Notes under the pieces: model-generated
The model's input: only the letters and a program-made list of their open reading frames with translations
Told to the model about the DNA's origin: nothing
Database searches by the model: none
Position numbers and translations under genes: made by a program
DNA from: Candidatus Palauibacter sp.
GTDB taxonomy: Bacteria > Gemmatimonadota > Gemmatimonadetes > Palauibacterales > Palauibacteraceae
Length of the DNA: 64,000 bases
Assembly: GCF_965261555.1 (NCBI RefSeq)
Contig: NZ_OZ253465.1
Location: 686,667 to 750,666, forward strand
Direction: 5' to 3'
In this document: in pieces, positions 18,779 through 28,479 of the stretch
Layout of the letters: each line of letters begins with the position of its first letter
Numbering within the stretch: position 1 is the stretch's first letter

Positions 18779-20017
18779 TTAAGTGCCGGTCGCGTCATCG
18801 TCAAAGATCCGAGCAGGCTGCGGATCGTTGCCTTCCCCGCCGTCTCTTGCTGGCCGAACCCGCGCCGCGCGCAGGTCCGACAGAGGGATCGGAGGGCCGC
18901 CCCACGCGACGCCCCGCATCATGGCGATGGCCGTGGAACGAAGCAGTGCGTACGCCACGATCACGACGGCGAGCGGAAAAACGAGGACGAGCCAGGGATG
19001 GGCGTCATCCCGCAGTACGGTCAGCGCCGGCAGAAGGCTGGTGAGCAGGCAGGCCGTGAAGATGATGGCGGGGACGGTCTCGCCGGTCGCCCAGAGCAGT
19101 GGCGCCAGCACGCCCGGAGCGGTCGCAAGCCACGACAGCCCCGCGGCGGATACGAGGGAATCGGCGAGACGGTAGTTCCGCGCGGCGAAGAGGTTCTTCT
19201 CCGTCCCGTGAACGAAACCGCCGACGGAATCGTACCAGGGGCACGCGATCATCGCTTCGCCGTTGAGGAACTCCGACTGCATCCCGGACTCCTTCACGAG
19301 CTGACCCATCCGCAGATCCTCGTCGGGCCTGAGGGCGACGCTTCGGTGCCCGCCGAGGGCACGGTACGAATCGGCACGCATGATCGTATAACCTCCGACG
19401 CCCATGAAGGCCGAACTGCGAGGGTCGCGGACCTTCCACAGACGCTTGGTGGCGGAGATGCAAAGCCGAAGGGCCATCGTGCAGGCCCGAAGCAAGGTGC
19501 CGCTCACCGCGACACGGGGGCCCGCGCTGAGATGGTCCAGACCTCCGCGCAGGAGATGCCGCACGCCGAAGGCGACGGCGTCCGGCTCGAAGGTAATGTC
19601 GCCATCGGTGAAGAGCAGAAGCTCTCCCGCAGCCGCGTCCGCCCCCCGTTGGGTCGCGTAGTTCTTGCCGAACCAGCCGTCGGGAAGCTCCTCCACATGG
19701 AGCACCGATAGCCGCCCGTTCTCGCGGGCCAGGTTCTCGGCGATCTCCCCTGTACGGTCTTCCGACCGGTCGTTGACGAAGATGACTTCGAAGTCCGGGT
19801 AGCGTATGGCAAGCAGGGAGCGCAGCGCCTCCTCCACTGACCGTGCCTCGTTCCTGGCCGCCACGATCACCGAGAGACGGGGAAGCGGAGCGTCGTCCGC
19901 GCGGGGCGGAGCCACCTCGTCGAGCCGGCGAACCTTGAGTTCGCTGTAGATGACGGTCCCCGCGAGGCCAGCCCACACGACGAGCGTGAAGACCCCGAGG
20001 GCAACGAGAAGAGTCAT
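18779..20017 (-). CDS. family 2 glycosyltransferase (membrane-associated)
   Basis: GT-A signature SVIVAARNE..DFEVIFVNDRSED..FTDGD (DxD) followed by C-terminal TM helices. Confidence 0.7.
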   Translation of the reverse strand: MTLLVALGVFTLVVWAGLAGTVIYSELKVRRLDEVAPPRADDAPLPRLSVIVAARNEARSVEEALRSLLAIRYPDFEVIFVNDRSEDRTGEIAENLARENGRLSVLHVEELPDGWFGKNYATQRGADAAAGELLLFTDGDITFEPDAVAFGVRHLLRGGLDHLSAGPRVAVSGTLLRACTMALRLCISATKRLWKVRDPRSSAFMGVGGYTIMRADSYRALGGHRSVALRPDEDLRMGQLVKESGMQSEFLNGEAMIACPWYDSVGGFVHGTEKNLFAARNYRLADSLVSAAGLSWLATAPGVLAPLLWATGETVPAIIFTACLLTSLLPALTVLRDDAHPWLVLVFPLAVVIVAYALLRSTAIAMMRGVAWGGPPIPLSDLRAARVRPARDGGEGNDPQPARIFDDDATGT

Positions 20018-20047
20018 CGCGAGAGCCGAGGCGGGGAGAGCCCCGCG

Positions 20048-21580
20048 CTACCGCGTGCCGCTCGTGATCGCCTGTCCCGGGTAGACGCCGGGTACAAGCT
20101 CTCCGTCCCGGACCACGGCCGTCCCCTCGACGAGCAGGTGCATCACGCCCTCCGAGGGCGCCGCCGGGTCCGCGTAGGTCGCGCGATCGATGATCGTCTC
20201 AGGATCGAACACGACGATATCCGCGTCGGCGCCGACCTGGACCCTTCCCTTCCGCGCCATGACCGGGGCGAACCCCTCGACGCGCTGCGCCGGCAGGATC
20301 GTCATCTTCGCGAGGGCGTCCATCAGATTCAGCGCCCCGCGCTCGCGCACGTAGTATCCGAGCACCCGGGAATAGGTGCCGGCGCCGCGCGGGTGGATCG
20401 CCTGGTACAGGTAGGGGATCCCGTCGCTCGCCACGATGACGTCGGGCTGCGCGACGATCCACTCGTTCGTCTCCTCGCTCCTCCCGTGGATCACGACCCA
20501 GCCACCCTGATCCCGGTAGTGCCGGAAGGTCGCGGCGTTCAGCCGCTCCGGCGTCCCCGACCACTGCAGGCGGCCGTATTCCTCGTCGGAGGCGCCCTCC
20601 CACGGGTCGAACAGGGCCGATTCGATGCGCGTCGAGCCCGCGGTGTAGGGGTAGGACTCCGTCGTGATGTCGATCCCTCGCTCGCGCGCCCCGCGGATCA
20701 TCTCCAGCGTCATGCGCGCCATCTCGTCGGCGCTCGAGTTCATGTGGACGATGTGGAGCGAGGCCCCGGTCGCGAGCGCGTTCGCGATCACCTCCTGGAA
20801 GGCCCCCAGCGTACCGCCCGAGTTCTCGCCCCGGATGTGGACGTAGGCCGGCGCCCCCTGCGCGGCCGCGAGCTGGAAGACGCGGTAGATCTCCGTCCTC
20901 GAGGCGCCCGGCGTGTACGTGATGCCGAACCCGATGCCGAGCCCGCCCTCCTCCAGGCCCGTCGCGATGAGCCCGTTCAGTTCGAGCATCTCGTCGTCGT
21001 CGATTCCTCCGTAGACCGCATCGAACTCGAAGGGGCTGGCTTCGCCCGGCGGCGTCATCACCGAGTGGCCGACATCAAAACCCGCGAGCAGCTTGGTGCG
21101 CGCGCCCGGGTGGCTCACCGTCGCCCCGAAGTGGATGGGCGCCGTCCCCTCGCGGGAGGCGACCCATTCGGCCACCGGGTACACGCCGAGCTCCATCTCG
21201 AGGGCCGTCGTCACGCCGTCGAGCGCCTGGAGCTTCGCGCTCACGGTGTCCTGCCCGTGCGCGTGCAGGTCGACGAAGCCGGGCGCGACGACGAGGCCGG
21301 CGGCGTCGACCGTGTCCCGTCCCGTGACGCCCCCCTCCGAGATGGCCGTGATGCGTCCGCCGGCGACCGCGACATCGCGCACGGCGTCGAGCCGCGTCTC
21401 CGGGTCCATGACCCGGCCCCCGAGGATGACGAGGTCCGCGACGCCTTCCGGTCCGGCGGGGGCGTCTCCGCTTCCGGGGGAACCCTCGGGGGAAGCGCAG
21501 GCCGCAAACGCGAGGGCCGCCAGCCACGCCGTTCGCCGTCCACGACCGCCCGTGCGACCCGCGGTGCGATGGATCGTCAT
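20048..21580 (-). CDS. D-aminoacylase-family amidohydrolase (N-acyl-D-amino-acid deacylase-like) with signal peptide
   Basis: Metal-binding GFVDLHAHG; N-terminal ADLVILGGRVMDP and a C-terminal beta-sandwich typical of D-aminoacylases. Confidence 0.8.
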   Translation of the reverse strand: MTIHRTAGRTGGRGRRTAWLAALAFAACASPEGSPGSGDAPAGPEGVADLVILGGRVMDPETRLDAVRDVAVAGGRITAISEGGVTGRDTVDAAGLVVAPGFVDLHAHGQDTVSAKLQALDGVTTALEMELGVYPVAEWVASREGTAPIHFGATVSHPGARTKLLAGFDVGHSVMTPPGEASPFEFDAVYGGIDDDEMLELNGLIATGLEEGGLGIGFGITYTPGASRTEIYRVFQLAAAQGAPAYVHIRGENSGGTLGAFQEVIANALATGASLHIVHMNSSADEMARMTLEMIRGARERGIDITTESYPYTAGSTRIESALFDPWEGASDEEYGRLQWSGTPERLNAATFRHYRDQGGWVVIHGRSEETNEWIVAQPDVIVASDGIPYLYQAIHPRGAGTYSRVLGYYVRERGALNLMDALAKMTILPAQRVEGFAPVMARKGRVQVGADADIVVFDPETIIDRATYADPAAPSEGVMHLLVEGTAVVRDGELVPGVYPGQAITSGTR

Positions 21581-22974
21581 GCGACCACCTTTCCCGGGTT
21601 CATGAGGCCCTTCGGATCCAGCGCCTCCTTGATCGAGCGCATGGCGTCGACCGCATCTCCGTGCTGCGCCCGCATGTAGGGGACCTTCCCGTAGCCGACC
21701 CCGTGCTCGCCGGTGCAGGTGCCCCCGACCGAGATCGCCTGCTCGATCATGCGCGCGTTCACCCGCTTCGCGCGCGCCATCTCATCCTCATCATCCGGAT
21801 CGATGATGAAGAGGACGTGGAAGTTGCCGTCTCCGGCGTGGGCGACGATCGGGGCGAGGAGGCCCTCCGCGTCGATGTCCTCGCGGGTCTTCAGGAGGCA
21901 GTCGGCGAGCGAAGAGATCGGGACGCAGACGTCCGTCGCCCACCCCCGGGCCCCCGGACGGAGGGCGAGCGACGCGTAGTAGGCCTCGTGCCGGGCCGCC
22001 CACAGCCGCGAGCGTTCCTCGGCCCGCGTGGCCCACTCGAAGTCCGTCCCGCCGAGTTCCTTCGCGATGAGACCCACCTCGGTCGACTGTTCCTCGACGC
22101 CGGCGGCCGACCCGTGGAACTCGAAGAAGAGGGTGGGACGCACCGGGTAGTCGAAGTCGGAGTACCGGTTCACCGCGTCCATCTGCACATCGTCGAGGAG
22201 TTCGACGCGCGCGACCGGCACCCCGCTCTGGATCGTGTAGATCACCGCGTCCACCGCGTCGGCCAGCGTCGGGAAGGAGCACACCGCCGAGGCGATCGCC
22301 TCCGGGATCCCGTGCAGCCGGAGCAGGACCTCCGTGATGATGCCGATCGTGCCCTCGGAGCCCAGGAAAAGCCGCGTGAGGTCGTAGCCAGCGGAGGATT
22401 TTCGCGCGCGCCCGCCCGTCCGGATGACCGTCCCGTCCGGGAGCACGACGGTGAGCCCGAGCACGTTCTCCCGCATCGTGCCGTAGCGGACCGTGGTCGT
22501 CCCCGACGCGCCGGTCGCGGCCATCCCGCCCAGGCTCGCGTCAGCGCCCGGGTCGATGGGGAAGAAGAGGCCCGTCCCCTTCAGGTGCTGTTCCAGCGCC
22601 TTGCGCGTCATCCCCGCCTCGACGCGGCAGTCCATGTCCTCGGGGTTGAGGTCGATGAGGCGCGTGAGGCCGCTCGTGGCGATCGTCACTCCGCCGCGCA
22701 GCGCGGCGACGTGCCCTTCGAGCGAGGTCCCGGCGCCGAAACCGATCATCGGGACGCCGTGCCGGTGGCAGGCGCGCACGGCCGCGGACACCTCGGCCGT
22801 GGATTCGGGGAAGACGACCGCGTCGGGCGGCTCGTTGGCGTGGAACGACTCGCCCTCGCCATGCTGCCGGCGCATCGCCTCGGCCGTCGTGAACCGGTCG
22901 CCGAACACCTCTTCGAGTTCGGTCTCGAGCGCCGCCGGGAGCGGGGTCCGTTGCGTCGGTGCGGTCGTGCTCAT
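21577..22974 (-). CDS. FAD-linked oxidase (GlcD / D-lactate dehydrogenase family)
   Basis: FAD_binding_4 pattern (VVFPESTAEVSAAVRACHRHGVPMIGFGAGTSLEGH) and the C-terminal FAD-oxidase_C domain. Confidence 0.85.
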   Translation of the reverse strand: MSTTAPTQRTPLPAALETELEEVFGDRFTTAEAMRRQHGEGESFHANEPPDAVVFPESTAEVSAAVRACHRHGVPMIGFGAGTSLEGHVAALRGGVTIATSGLTRLIDLNPEDMDCRVEAGMTRKALEQHLKGTGLFFPIDPGADASLGGMAATGASGTTTVRYGTMRENVLGLTVVLPDGTVIRTGGRARKSSAGYDLTRLFLGSEGTIGIITEVLLRLHGIPEAIASAVCSFPTLADAVDAVIYTIQSGVPVARVELLDDVQMDAVNRYSDFDYPVRPTLFFEFHGSAAGVEEQSTEVGLIAKELGGTDFEWATRAEERSRLWAARHEAYYASLALRPGARGWATDVCVPISSLADCLLKTREDIDAEGLLAPIVAHAGDGNFHVLFIIDPDDEDEMARAKRVNARMIEQAISVGGTCTGEHGVGYGKVPYMRAQHGDAVDAMRSIKEALDPKGLMNPGKVVA

Positions 22975-23081
22975 GCCGGACGTTGCCGCCGGGGCCCGCC
23001 CCGCGTCAAACGCTCCCCGAGGGACGGCGATCCGGCGCCCGCTCTCTTGACCCGTCCCGGCGTCGCCCGGACTTTGCGCGC

Positions 23082-23558
23082 ATGGACATGCGTGGAGTGA
23101 TGCTCTTTCTGCATCTGGTCGGGCTGGCGCTGTGGTTCGGCGTCACCCTTTCGCTCGCGATCCTCGGCGTCCGGGCCAACAAGACGGGCGACCGGAACGT
23201 GATCGCGTTCATCTATCGCGCCGGCCACCGGCTGCTACGGGGCCCCGGGCTCCTCGGCATGCTGCTGACCACGATCGCGGGCTTCGGCCTCGCCGGACTC
23301 GGCGGCTACGGCGTCTTCCGGCTCACGCCGCACTGGCAGTTTCAGATGCAGGTGCTGGGGCTCATCGCCTTCGTCCTCGCGGTCGCGATCCAGATCCCCA
23401 ACTCGGGCCGGCTCGCGCGCGCCGCGGAGGCCTCCGCCAACGCCGACGAGGACAGCGCCTCGTTCGTCCGCTTCCGGAAGACGAACGCGATCGTCGCCTC
23501 GATCAACGGCGCCCTGATCCTCATCGTCACCCTGCTGGGCACCATCCGCCCCATGTAG
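23082..23558 (+). CDS. small integral membrane protein (4 predicted TM; DUF2269-like), hypothetical
   Basis: In-frame ATG at 23082; four hydrophobic segments. Confidence 0.45.
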   Translation: MDMRGVMLFLHLVGLALWFGVTLSLAILGVRANKTGDRNVIAFIYRAGHRLLRGPGLLGMLLTTIAGFGLAGLGGYGVFRLTPHWQFQMQVLGLIAFVLAVAIQIPNSGRLARAAEASANADEDSASFVRFRKTNAIVASINGALILIVTLLGTIRPM

Positions 23559-23564
23559 GCGGGT

Positions 23565-25859
23565 TCAGTCGGAGGGCGAAGCGAGGTCGGCGAGCCGCGC
23601 GAAGTGATCTGCCCGCCGGTAGGCCCGTTCCGCGGCGTCCGGGTTCCCGTGCAACTCCTCGGAAACGCCATGGAAGACGTGCGCCATGTAGTACACCCCG
23701 GGGATGTTCGACCTCGTGGACGGATCCGGCCACTCGTCCCATGCCAGGACGTCATCCACGAGGAACACGCCTTCCAGCAGTTCTCCGGTGCGGATCCGGT
23801 CGTTCCACGTCGGCAGCGGCGAGTCGGGAAAGTACTCGCTCAGGTCAACGAGGTTCTCGGAGGCCTCGAGCGGCCCGTCCACGAGCTTGAAGGCGAGTCC
23901 CTGCCGCACGAGGTGCGGCTGAAGTCCCCATTTGCCGTACACCGGTGAGGCCGTCGCCGCGAAGTAGACCGGCCGGTCGCCCAGCGCCTGCCGCGCGATC
24001 TGGAACACGCGGATATCGGCTGGCGATAGAACGTCGCCTTCGCTCAGCGGACCCGTGATCCAGTCGGAAAGCCGATAGGTCGAGTCCTCGGATATGGACT
24101 GTCCCCGCGAGAGGGCATCGATCCCCGTACCGGATGGCGGGACGGCCGAACGCGTCGGCGTCGTCGTGGCCATCTCCGCGTACAGCTCCGCCGCCGTCTC
24201 CGGGTCGAAGGGGCGCTGGCAAACGATGGTCGTGGGGGCATCCTCCGGTGACTCCCCCGGTTCGCACGGCTTCGTCAGCCGCCGCAGCTGCCGGTGGTAC
24301 CAGTCCGTCCCCAGGTACGACTGGACGATGACCGTCACGTCGCGCCGGATCCCCTCCACCTCCTGCAGATACCAGAGCGGGAAGGTGTCGTTGTCGCCGT
24401 AGGTGAAGAGCACGGCGTAGGGTTCGACGGACTGCAGCATGTTGTAGGCGAGGTTGCGCGCCGCGCGGTCTCCGCTCCGGTCGGCCCGGGCAAAGTTGAA
24501 GAAGAAGGGGATGAGGCCGAGCGCGAGGAGCGCGGCCGCCTTCCGGTGCCGGGGGCCGAATCCCGCCGGCACCCGCTCCGGCTCGCGCCCCGCGGCGGAC
24601 GCGGTCCACCGTCCCCACAGGGCGGCGAGCCCGAGTCCGGCGTAGATCCCCCACATCTGGAAACCGATGATGAAGAAGTAGTCGCGTTCGCGGACCTCGT
24701 GGGCCGCGATGCTCGGCGCCTCCTCCCAGTACATCGAGTAGCCGTACCTGAAGTTCAGGTAGTAGACGAGCAGCAGCGTGACGGTGAAGAAGAGCGTGCC
24801 CGCGTAGACGAAGGTCTTCCGGTCCCGGCGCAGGTGGGTCCACAGGCCGACGAGCGCGAGGAAGAGGAAGAGGATGCTCGCGGCGACCCGGGCGCCCGGG
24901 GGCAGCGAGCGCGCCCACTGCCAGTCGAAGTACTGCCAGTAGTTCGCGTACTGGGCCGACAGCGGCGCCTGGCGCAGCGTGACCGGCGTCGGGGCGTACT
25001 GGGCGCGTATCAGCGAGAGGGCGAGCGGTTCGCACGCCACGGCGAGCTTGCTCTGCCCGTAGGGGTCGTCGATCCGCCGCGGCGTGACGGCCGAGAGGAG
25101 CGTCGGACACTCCGGGTCCGCCTCGTCGATGACCGGGTTCTGCGCCGAGCGGATGGGGACGAAGAGGAACTGCAGGGAGTAGCCCACGGCGAGCAGCGCC
25201 ACGGCGGGTCCCAGGACGCGCGGGTTCAGGGCGGCCCGCCAGCGGTGCAGCAGCACGAAGACGGCCAGCGCCAGCGCCGGCAGCATCGACATCGTGTGGT
25301 TCGCCCACCCCAGCCCGAGCAGGAGCGCGATGAGGAGGAGAAGACGGTTCCCGCGCACCGTGTCCGCCCGGTCCATCCAGACCATGGCGAGGTAGCTCAC
25401 GAGGGCCACGACGAACATCGAGAGGGGATAGACCTTCTCGTTCAGGTTCGATTGCGTCCACACCGTGAAGGCGGTGGCCCCGATCCACACGGCGGCGATC
25501 GCGGCGACGAGCACCTCGTGACGGTTCTCGCGGAAGCGCCCGACGATGCGGACGACGGCCAGGAACCAGAAGAAGCTCGCCCCGGCGGAGAGGGTGGCGC
25601 CGAGCGCATTGATCCGCAGCGCGACCGGGAGCCCGGTGAACCCCGTCAGGAGGTCCCACACGCGGCCGACGACGACGAAGAGGGGATTCCCCGGCGGGTG
25701 GGGGAGCCCGAGGATGTGCGCCGTGGTCACGTACTCCGACGCGTCCCAGAACCCGACCGTCGGAGCGAGCGTCAGGAGATAGAGAACCCAGATCGCTGAC
25801 GCGGTCAGCAGCCCCCAGGCCCGTAGCGTCAGCCGGCCGACCTTCTCCCGCTCCACCAC
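23565..25859 (-). CDS. DUF2723-domain polytopic membrane protein (GT-C / PMT-TMEM260-like putative glycosyltransferase), paralog A
   Basis: GFWDASEYVTTAHILGLPHPPGNPLF motif; about 11 TM helices plus a C-terminal soluble domain; start taken as GTG at 25859, 7 nt after the upstream paralog's stop (alternative ATG at 25928 would overlap it by 62 nt). Confidence 0.7.
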   Translation of the reverse strand: MVEREKVGRLTLRAWGLLTASAIWVLYLLTLAPTVGFWDASEYVTTAHILGLPHPPGNPLFVVVGRVWDLLTGFTGLPVALRINALGATLSAGASFFWFLAVVRIVGRFRENRHEVLVAAIAAVWIGATAFTVWTQSNLNEKVYPLSMFVVALVSYLAMVWMDRADTVRGNRLLLLIALLLGLGWANHTMSMLPALALAVFVLLHRWRAALNPRVLGPAVALLAVGYSLQFLFVPIRSAQNPVIDEADPECPTLLSAVTPRRIDDPYGQSKLAVACEPLALSLIRAQYAPTPVTLRQAPLSAQYANYWQYFDWQWARSLPPGARVAASILFLFLALVGLWTHLRRDRKTFVYAGTLFFTVTLLLVYYLNFRYGYSMYWEEAPSIAAHEVRERDYFFIIGFQMWGIYAGLGLAALWGRWTASAAGREPERVPAGFGPRHRKAAALLALGLIPFFFNFARADRSGDRAARNLAYNMLQSVEPYAVLFTYGDNDTFPLWYLQEVEGIRRDVTVIVQSYLGTDWYHRQLRRLTKPCEPGESPEDAPTTIVCQRPFDPETAAELYAEMATTTPTRSAVPPSGTGIDALSRGQSISEDSTYRLSDWITGPLSEGDVLSPADIRVFQIARQALGDRPVYFAATASPVYGKWGLQPHLVRQGLAFKLVDGPLEASENLVDLSEYFPDSPLPTWNDRIRTGELLEGVFLVDDVLAWDEWPDPSTRSNIPGVYYMAHVFHGVSEELHGNPDAAERAYRRADHFARLADLASPSD

Positions 25860-25866
25860 ACTCAAC

Positions 25867-28194
25867 CTAGTTGGCGGGGGCGCCGAGACCCGCAAGGAAC
25901 CCGAAACGGTCCGCGCGCTGGTACGCACGCTCGGCGGCTTCCACGTCGCCCAGGTGCTCCTCCGTCATCCCCTGCAGGTAGTACGCGAGGTAGTACTGGG
26001 CCGGGATGCTCGACTGCGTGGACGGCTCGGGCCACTCCTCCCATCCCAGCACGTCTTCGACCTCGAACACCTCCCACAGCAGTTCCGCCGTGCGCACCCG
26101 GTCGTTCCACGTCGGCGAAATCGTGTTCGGCATGTACTCGCGCAGGTCCACGAGGGCGTCCGTCGCCTCGAGCGGTGCGTCCACGAGCTTGAAGGCGAGC
26201 CCGTGCCGGACGAGGTGCGGCTGCAGCCCCCACTTCCCGTACACGGGCGGGGCGGTCGCCGCGAAGTAGACCGGCCGGTCCCCCAGCGACTGCTGCATGA
26301 TATGGAACACGAGGATGTCGGGGTACAGAATCGAGTCCCCGCCGCGCACCGTCGCCGTCACCGCGCTCGAGACCCGGAACGCCGTGTCACGGGCGACCGC
26401 GATCCCCGGCGTGAGCCCGTCGATCTGCGCGTCGTTCAGGGCGATGATCGAGCGCGTGGGCGGGGTCGCTTCCGCGTCGGCATACGGGCTCGCCGCGTTG
26501 GCCGTGTCGAACGGCCGCTGGCACACGACGGTCGTCGGGGAATCCGCCGCGGACACCCCCGGCTCGCACGGCGTCGTCAGCGACCGCAACTGCTTCGGAT
26601 ACCAGTCCGTGCCGAGGTAGGAGTGGACGATGACGGTCACGTCGCGCCGAATCCCTTCCACCTCCTGCAGGTACCAGAGCGGGAAGGTGTCGTTGTCCCC
26701 GTTCGTGAACAGCACGGCGTACGGCTCGACCGACTGCAGGATGTTGTACGCCCAGTCGCGGGCCGCGCTGTCCTCCGTCCGGTCCGCGCGCGCGAAGTTG
26801 AACAGGAAGGGCACGAAGGCGACGGCGAGGATCGGCGCCGCCCTCCGGTGCCGCGCGCTGAACCCGGCCGGGCGGTCCTGCGGAAGACTCGTCCGGTCCG
26901 TGGGCACCGCGCTCCTCCGTCGATCCGGGGCGGACCAGTTGCCCCACAGCGCGACGAGCCCCAGCCCGGCGTAGATCCCCCACAGCTGGAAGCCGATGAT
27001 GTAGAAGTAGTCCCGCTCCCGGACCTCGTGCTGGAGGATGTTCGGCACCTCCTCCAGGTAGAGGGAGTAGCCGTGCTTGAAATTCAGGTAGTAGACGAGG
27101 AGCAGCGTGACCGTGAAGAAGAGCGTGCCCGCGTAGACGAAGGTCTTCCGGTCGCTCCGGAAGTGGGTCCACAGACCGAGGAGCGCGAGGAAGAGGAAGA
27201 TCATGCTGACGGCAACCCGGCCGCCCGGCGGCAGCGAGCGCGCCCACTGCCAGTCGAAGTACTGCCAGTAGTTCGCGTACTGGCGGTGAAGCGGAGCCTG
27301 GCGCTGCGTGACCGGCCCCGGCCCGTACTGGTCGCGGATGAGCGACAGCGCGAGCGGCTCGCACGCCACCGAGATCTTGCTGTTCCCGAACCGGTCGTCG
27401 ATCACGCTCGGCGTGACGGCCGAGAGGAGCGTCGGGCACTCCGGGTCCGCCTCGTCGATGATCGGGTTCTGCGCCGACCGGATGGGGACGAAGAGGAGCT
27501 GCACCGAGTAGCCGACCGCGAAGAGCGCAACCCCCAGCCCGAGGACGCGCGGGTTCAGCGCGGCCCGCCAGCGGTGGAGGAGGACGAAGAGCGCCAGCGC
27601 CGGGCCCGGCAGCAGCGACATCGTGTGGTTCGACCAGCCCAGGCCGAGCAGGAGCGCGATGAGCACGAGCAGCCGGTTTCCGCGGGCGGTGTCCGCCTCG
27701 TCCACCCACACCATCGTCAGGTAGCTCACGAGCGAGACGATGAAGAGGGAGAGCGTGTAGACCTTCTCGTTCAGATTCGACTGGGTCCAGACGGTGAAGG
27801 CGGTCGCCCCGATCCAGACCGCGACCATCGAGGCCACGAGGATCTCGTGCCGGTTCTCGCGGAAGTGCGCGACCATGCGCGCCACCGCGAGGAAGGAGAA
27901 GAAGCTCGCGCCGGCGGAGAGCGTCGCGCTGAGCACGTTGATGCGGAGCGCGACCGGGAGGCCGGTGAAGCCGAGCAGGAGGTCCCACACGCGGCCCACG
28001 AGGACGAAGAACGGGTTCCCCGGCGGGTGCGGGAGCCCGAGGATGTGGGCCGTGGTCACGTACTCCGACGTGTCCCAGAACCCGGTCGTCGGCGCGATCG
28101 TGAGCAGATAGAGCGACCACACGCCGAGGGCCGTCACAAGCCCCCACAGACGCAACGTCAGCGGACCGATCTTCTCGCGCTCGATACCGTTCAT
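25867..28194 (-). CDS. DUF2723-domain polytopic membrane protein, paralog B (tandem duplicate of 23565..25859)
   Basis: 775 aa, collinear with paralog A along its whole length (GFWDTSEYVTTAHILGLPHPPGNPFF). Confidence 0.75.
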   Translation of the reverse strand: MNGIEREKIGPLTLRLWGLVTALGVWSLYLLTIAPTTGFWDTSEYVTTAHILGLPHPPGNPFFVLVGRVWDLLLGFTGLPVALRINVLSATLSAGASFFSFLAVARMVAHFRENRHEILVASMVAVWIGATAFTVWTQSNLNEKVYTLSLFIVSLVSYLTMVWVDEADTARGNRLLVLIALLLGLGWSNHTMSLLPGPALALFVLLHRWRAALNPRVLGLGVALFAVGYSVQLLFVPIRSAQNPIIDEADPECPTLLSAVTPSVIDDRFGNSKISVACEPLALSLIRDQYGPGPVTQRQAPLHRQYANYWQYFDWQWARSLPPGGRVAVSMIFLFLALLGLWTHFRSDRKTFVYAGTLFFTVTLLLVYYLNFKHGYSLYLEEVPNILQHEVRERDYFYIIGFQLWGIYAGLGLVALWGNWSAPDRRRSAVPTDRTSLPQDRPAGFSARHRRAAPILAVAFVPFLFNFARADRTEDSAARDWAYNILQSVEPYAVLFTNGDNDTFPLWYLQEVEGIRRDVTVIVHSYLGTDWYPKQLRSLTTPCEPGVSAADSPTTVVCQRPFDTANAASPYADAEATPPTRSIIALNDAQIDGLTPGIAVARDTAFRVSSAVTATVRGGDSILYPDILVFHIMQQSLGDRPVYFAATAPPVYGKWGLQPHLVRHGLAFKLVDAPLEATDALVDLREYMPNTISPTWNDRVRTAELLWEVFEVEDVLGWEEWPEPSTQSSIPAQYYLAYYLQGMTEEHLGDVEAAERAYQRADRFGFLAGLGAPAN

Positions 28195-28354
28195 TACGCC
28201 CCTGCTACGCTCTCCTGGTCGGGAAGTTCGTTGGGAAGATACCGCCTCCGGCCTGTCGGGTCCCGAGCCGGCCGGGCTGAGCGGCTCCGACCGGCCGACG
28301 CGGCGCGCCGAAACTAGCCGGCGGGTCGGATGGGAGCGAGCGGCTGCCGGGCCG

Positions 28355-28475
28355 TCAGGGGTCGGATCGGTCGAACTGCCACAGTTGGACGTACTCGATT
28401 CCGAGTTCGTCGTTGCGCCGCCCTGGAGGTAGTCAGGGCCGATTTCGAAGACGGAGAACCTTCGCGCGCCCGTGT
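28355..28475 (-). pseudogene. frameshifted C-terminal remnant of an NHL-propeller lipoprotein paralog
   Basis: The reverse strand encodes ..RRFSVFEIGPDYLQG, then a frameshift, then RRNDELGIEYVQLWQFDRSDP* and a stop; this matches the conserved C-terminus (EIGEDYLLG..DELGVEYVQLWSL) of the array genes. Confidence 0.55.
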
Positions 28476-28479
28476 CCGT

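Noticed and set aside
24294-28317. Plus-strand ORFs of 501 aa and 787 aa
   Set aside because: Antisense to the two DUF2723 genes. The translations are Arg/Pro/Gly/Asp-rich with no domain signatures.
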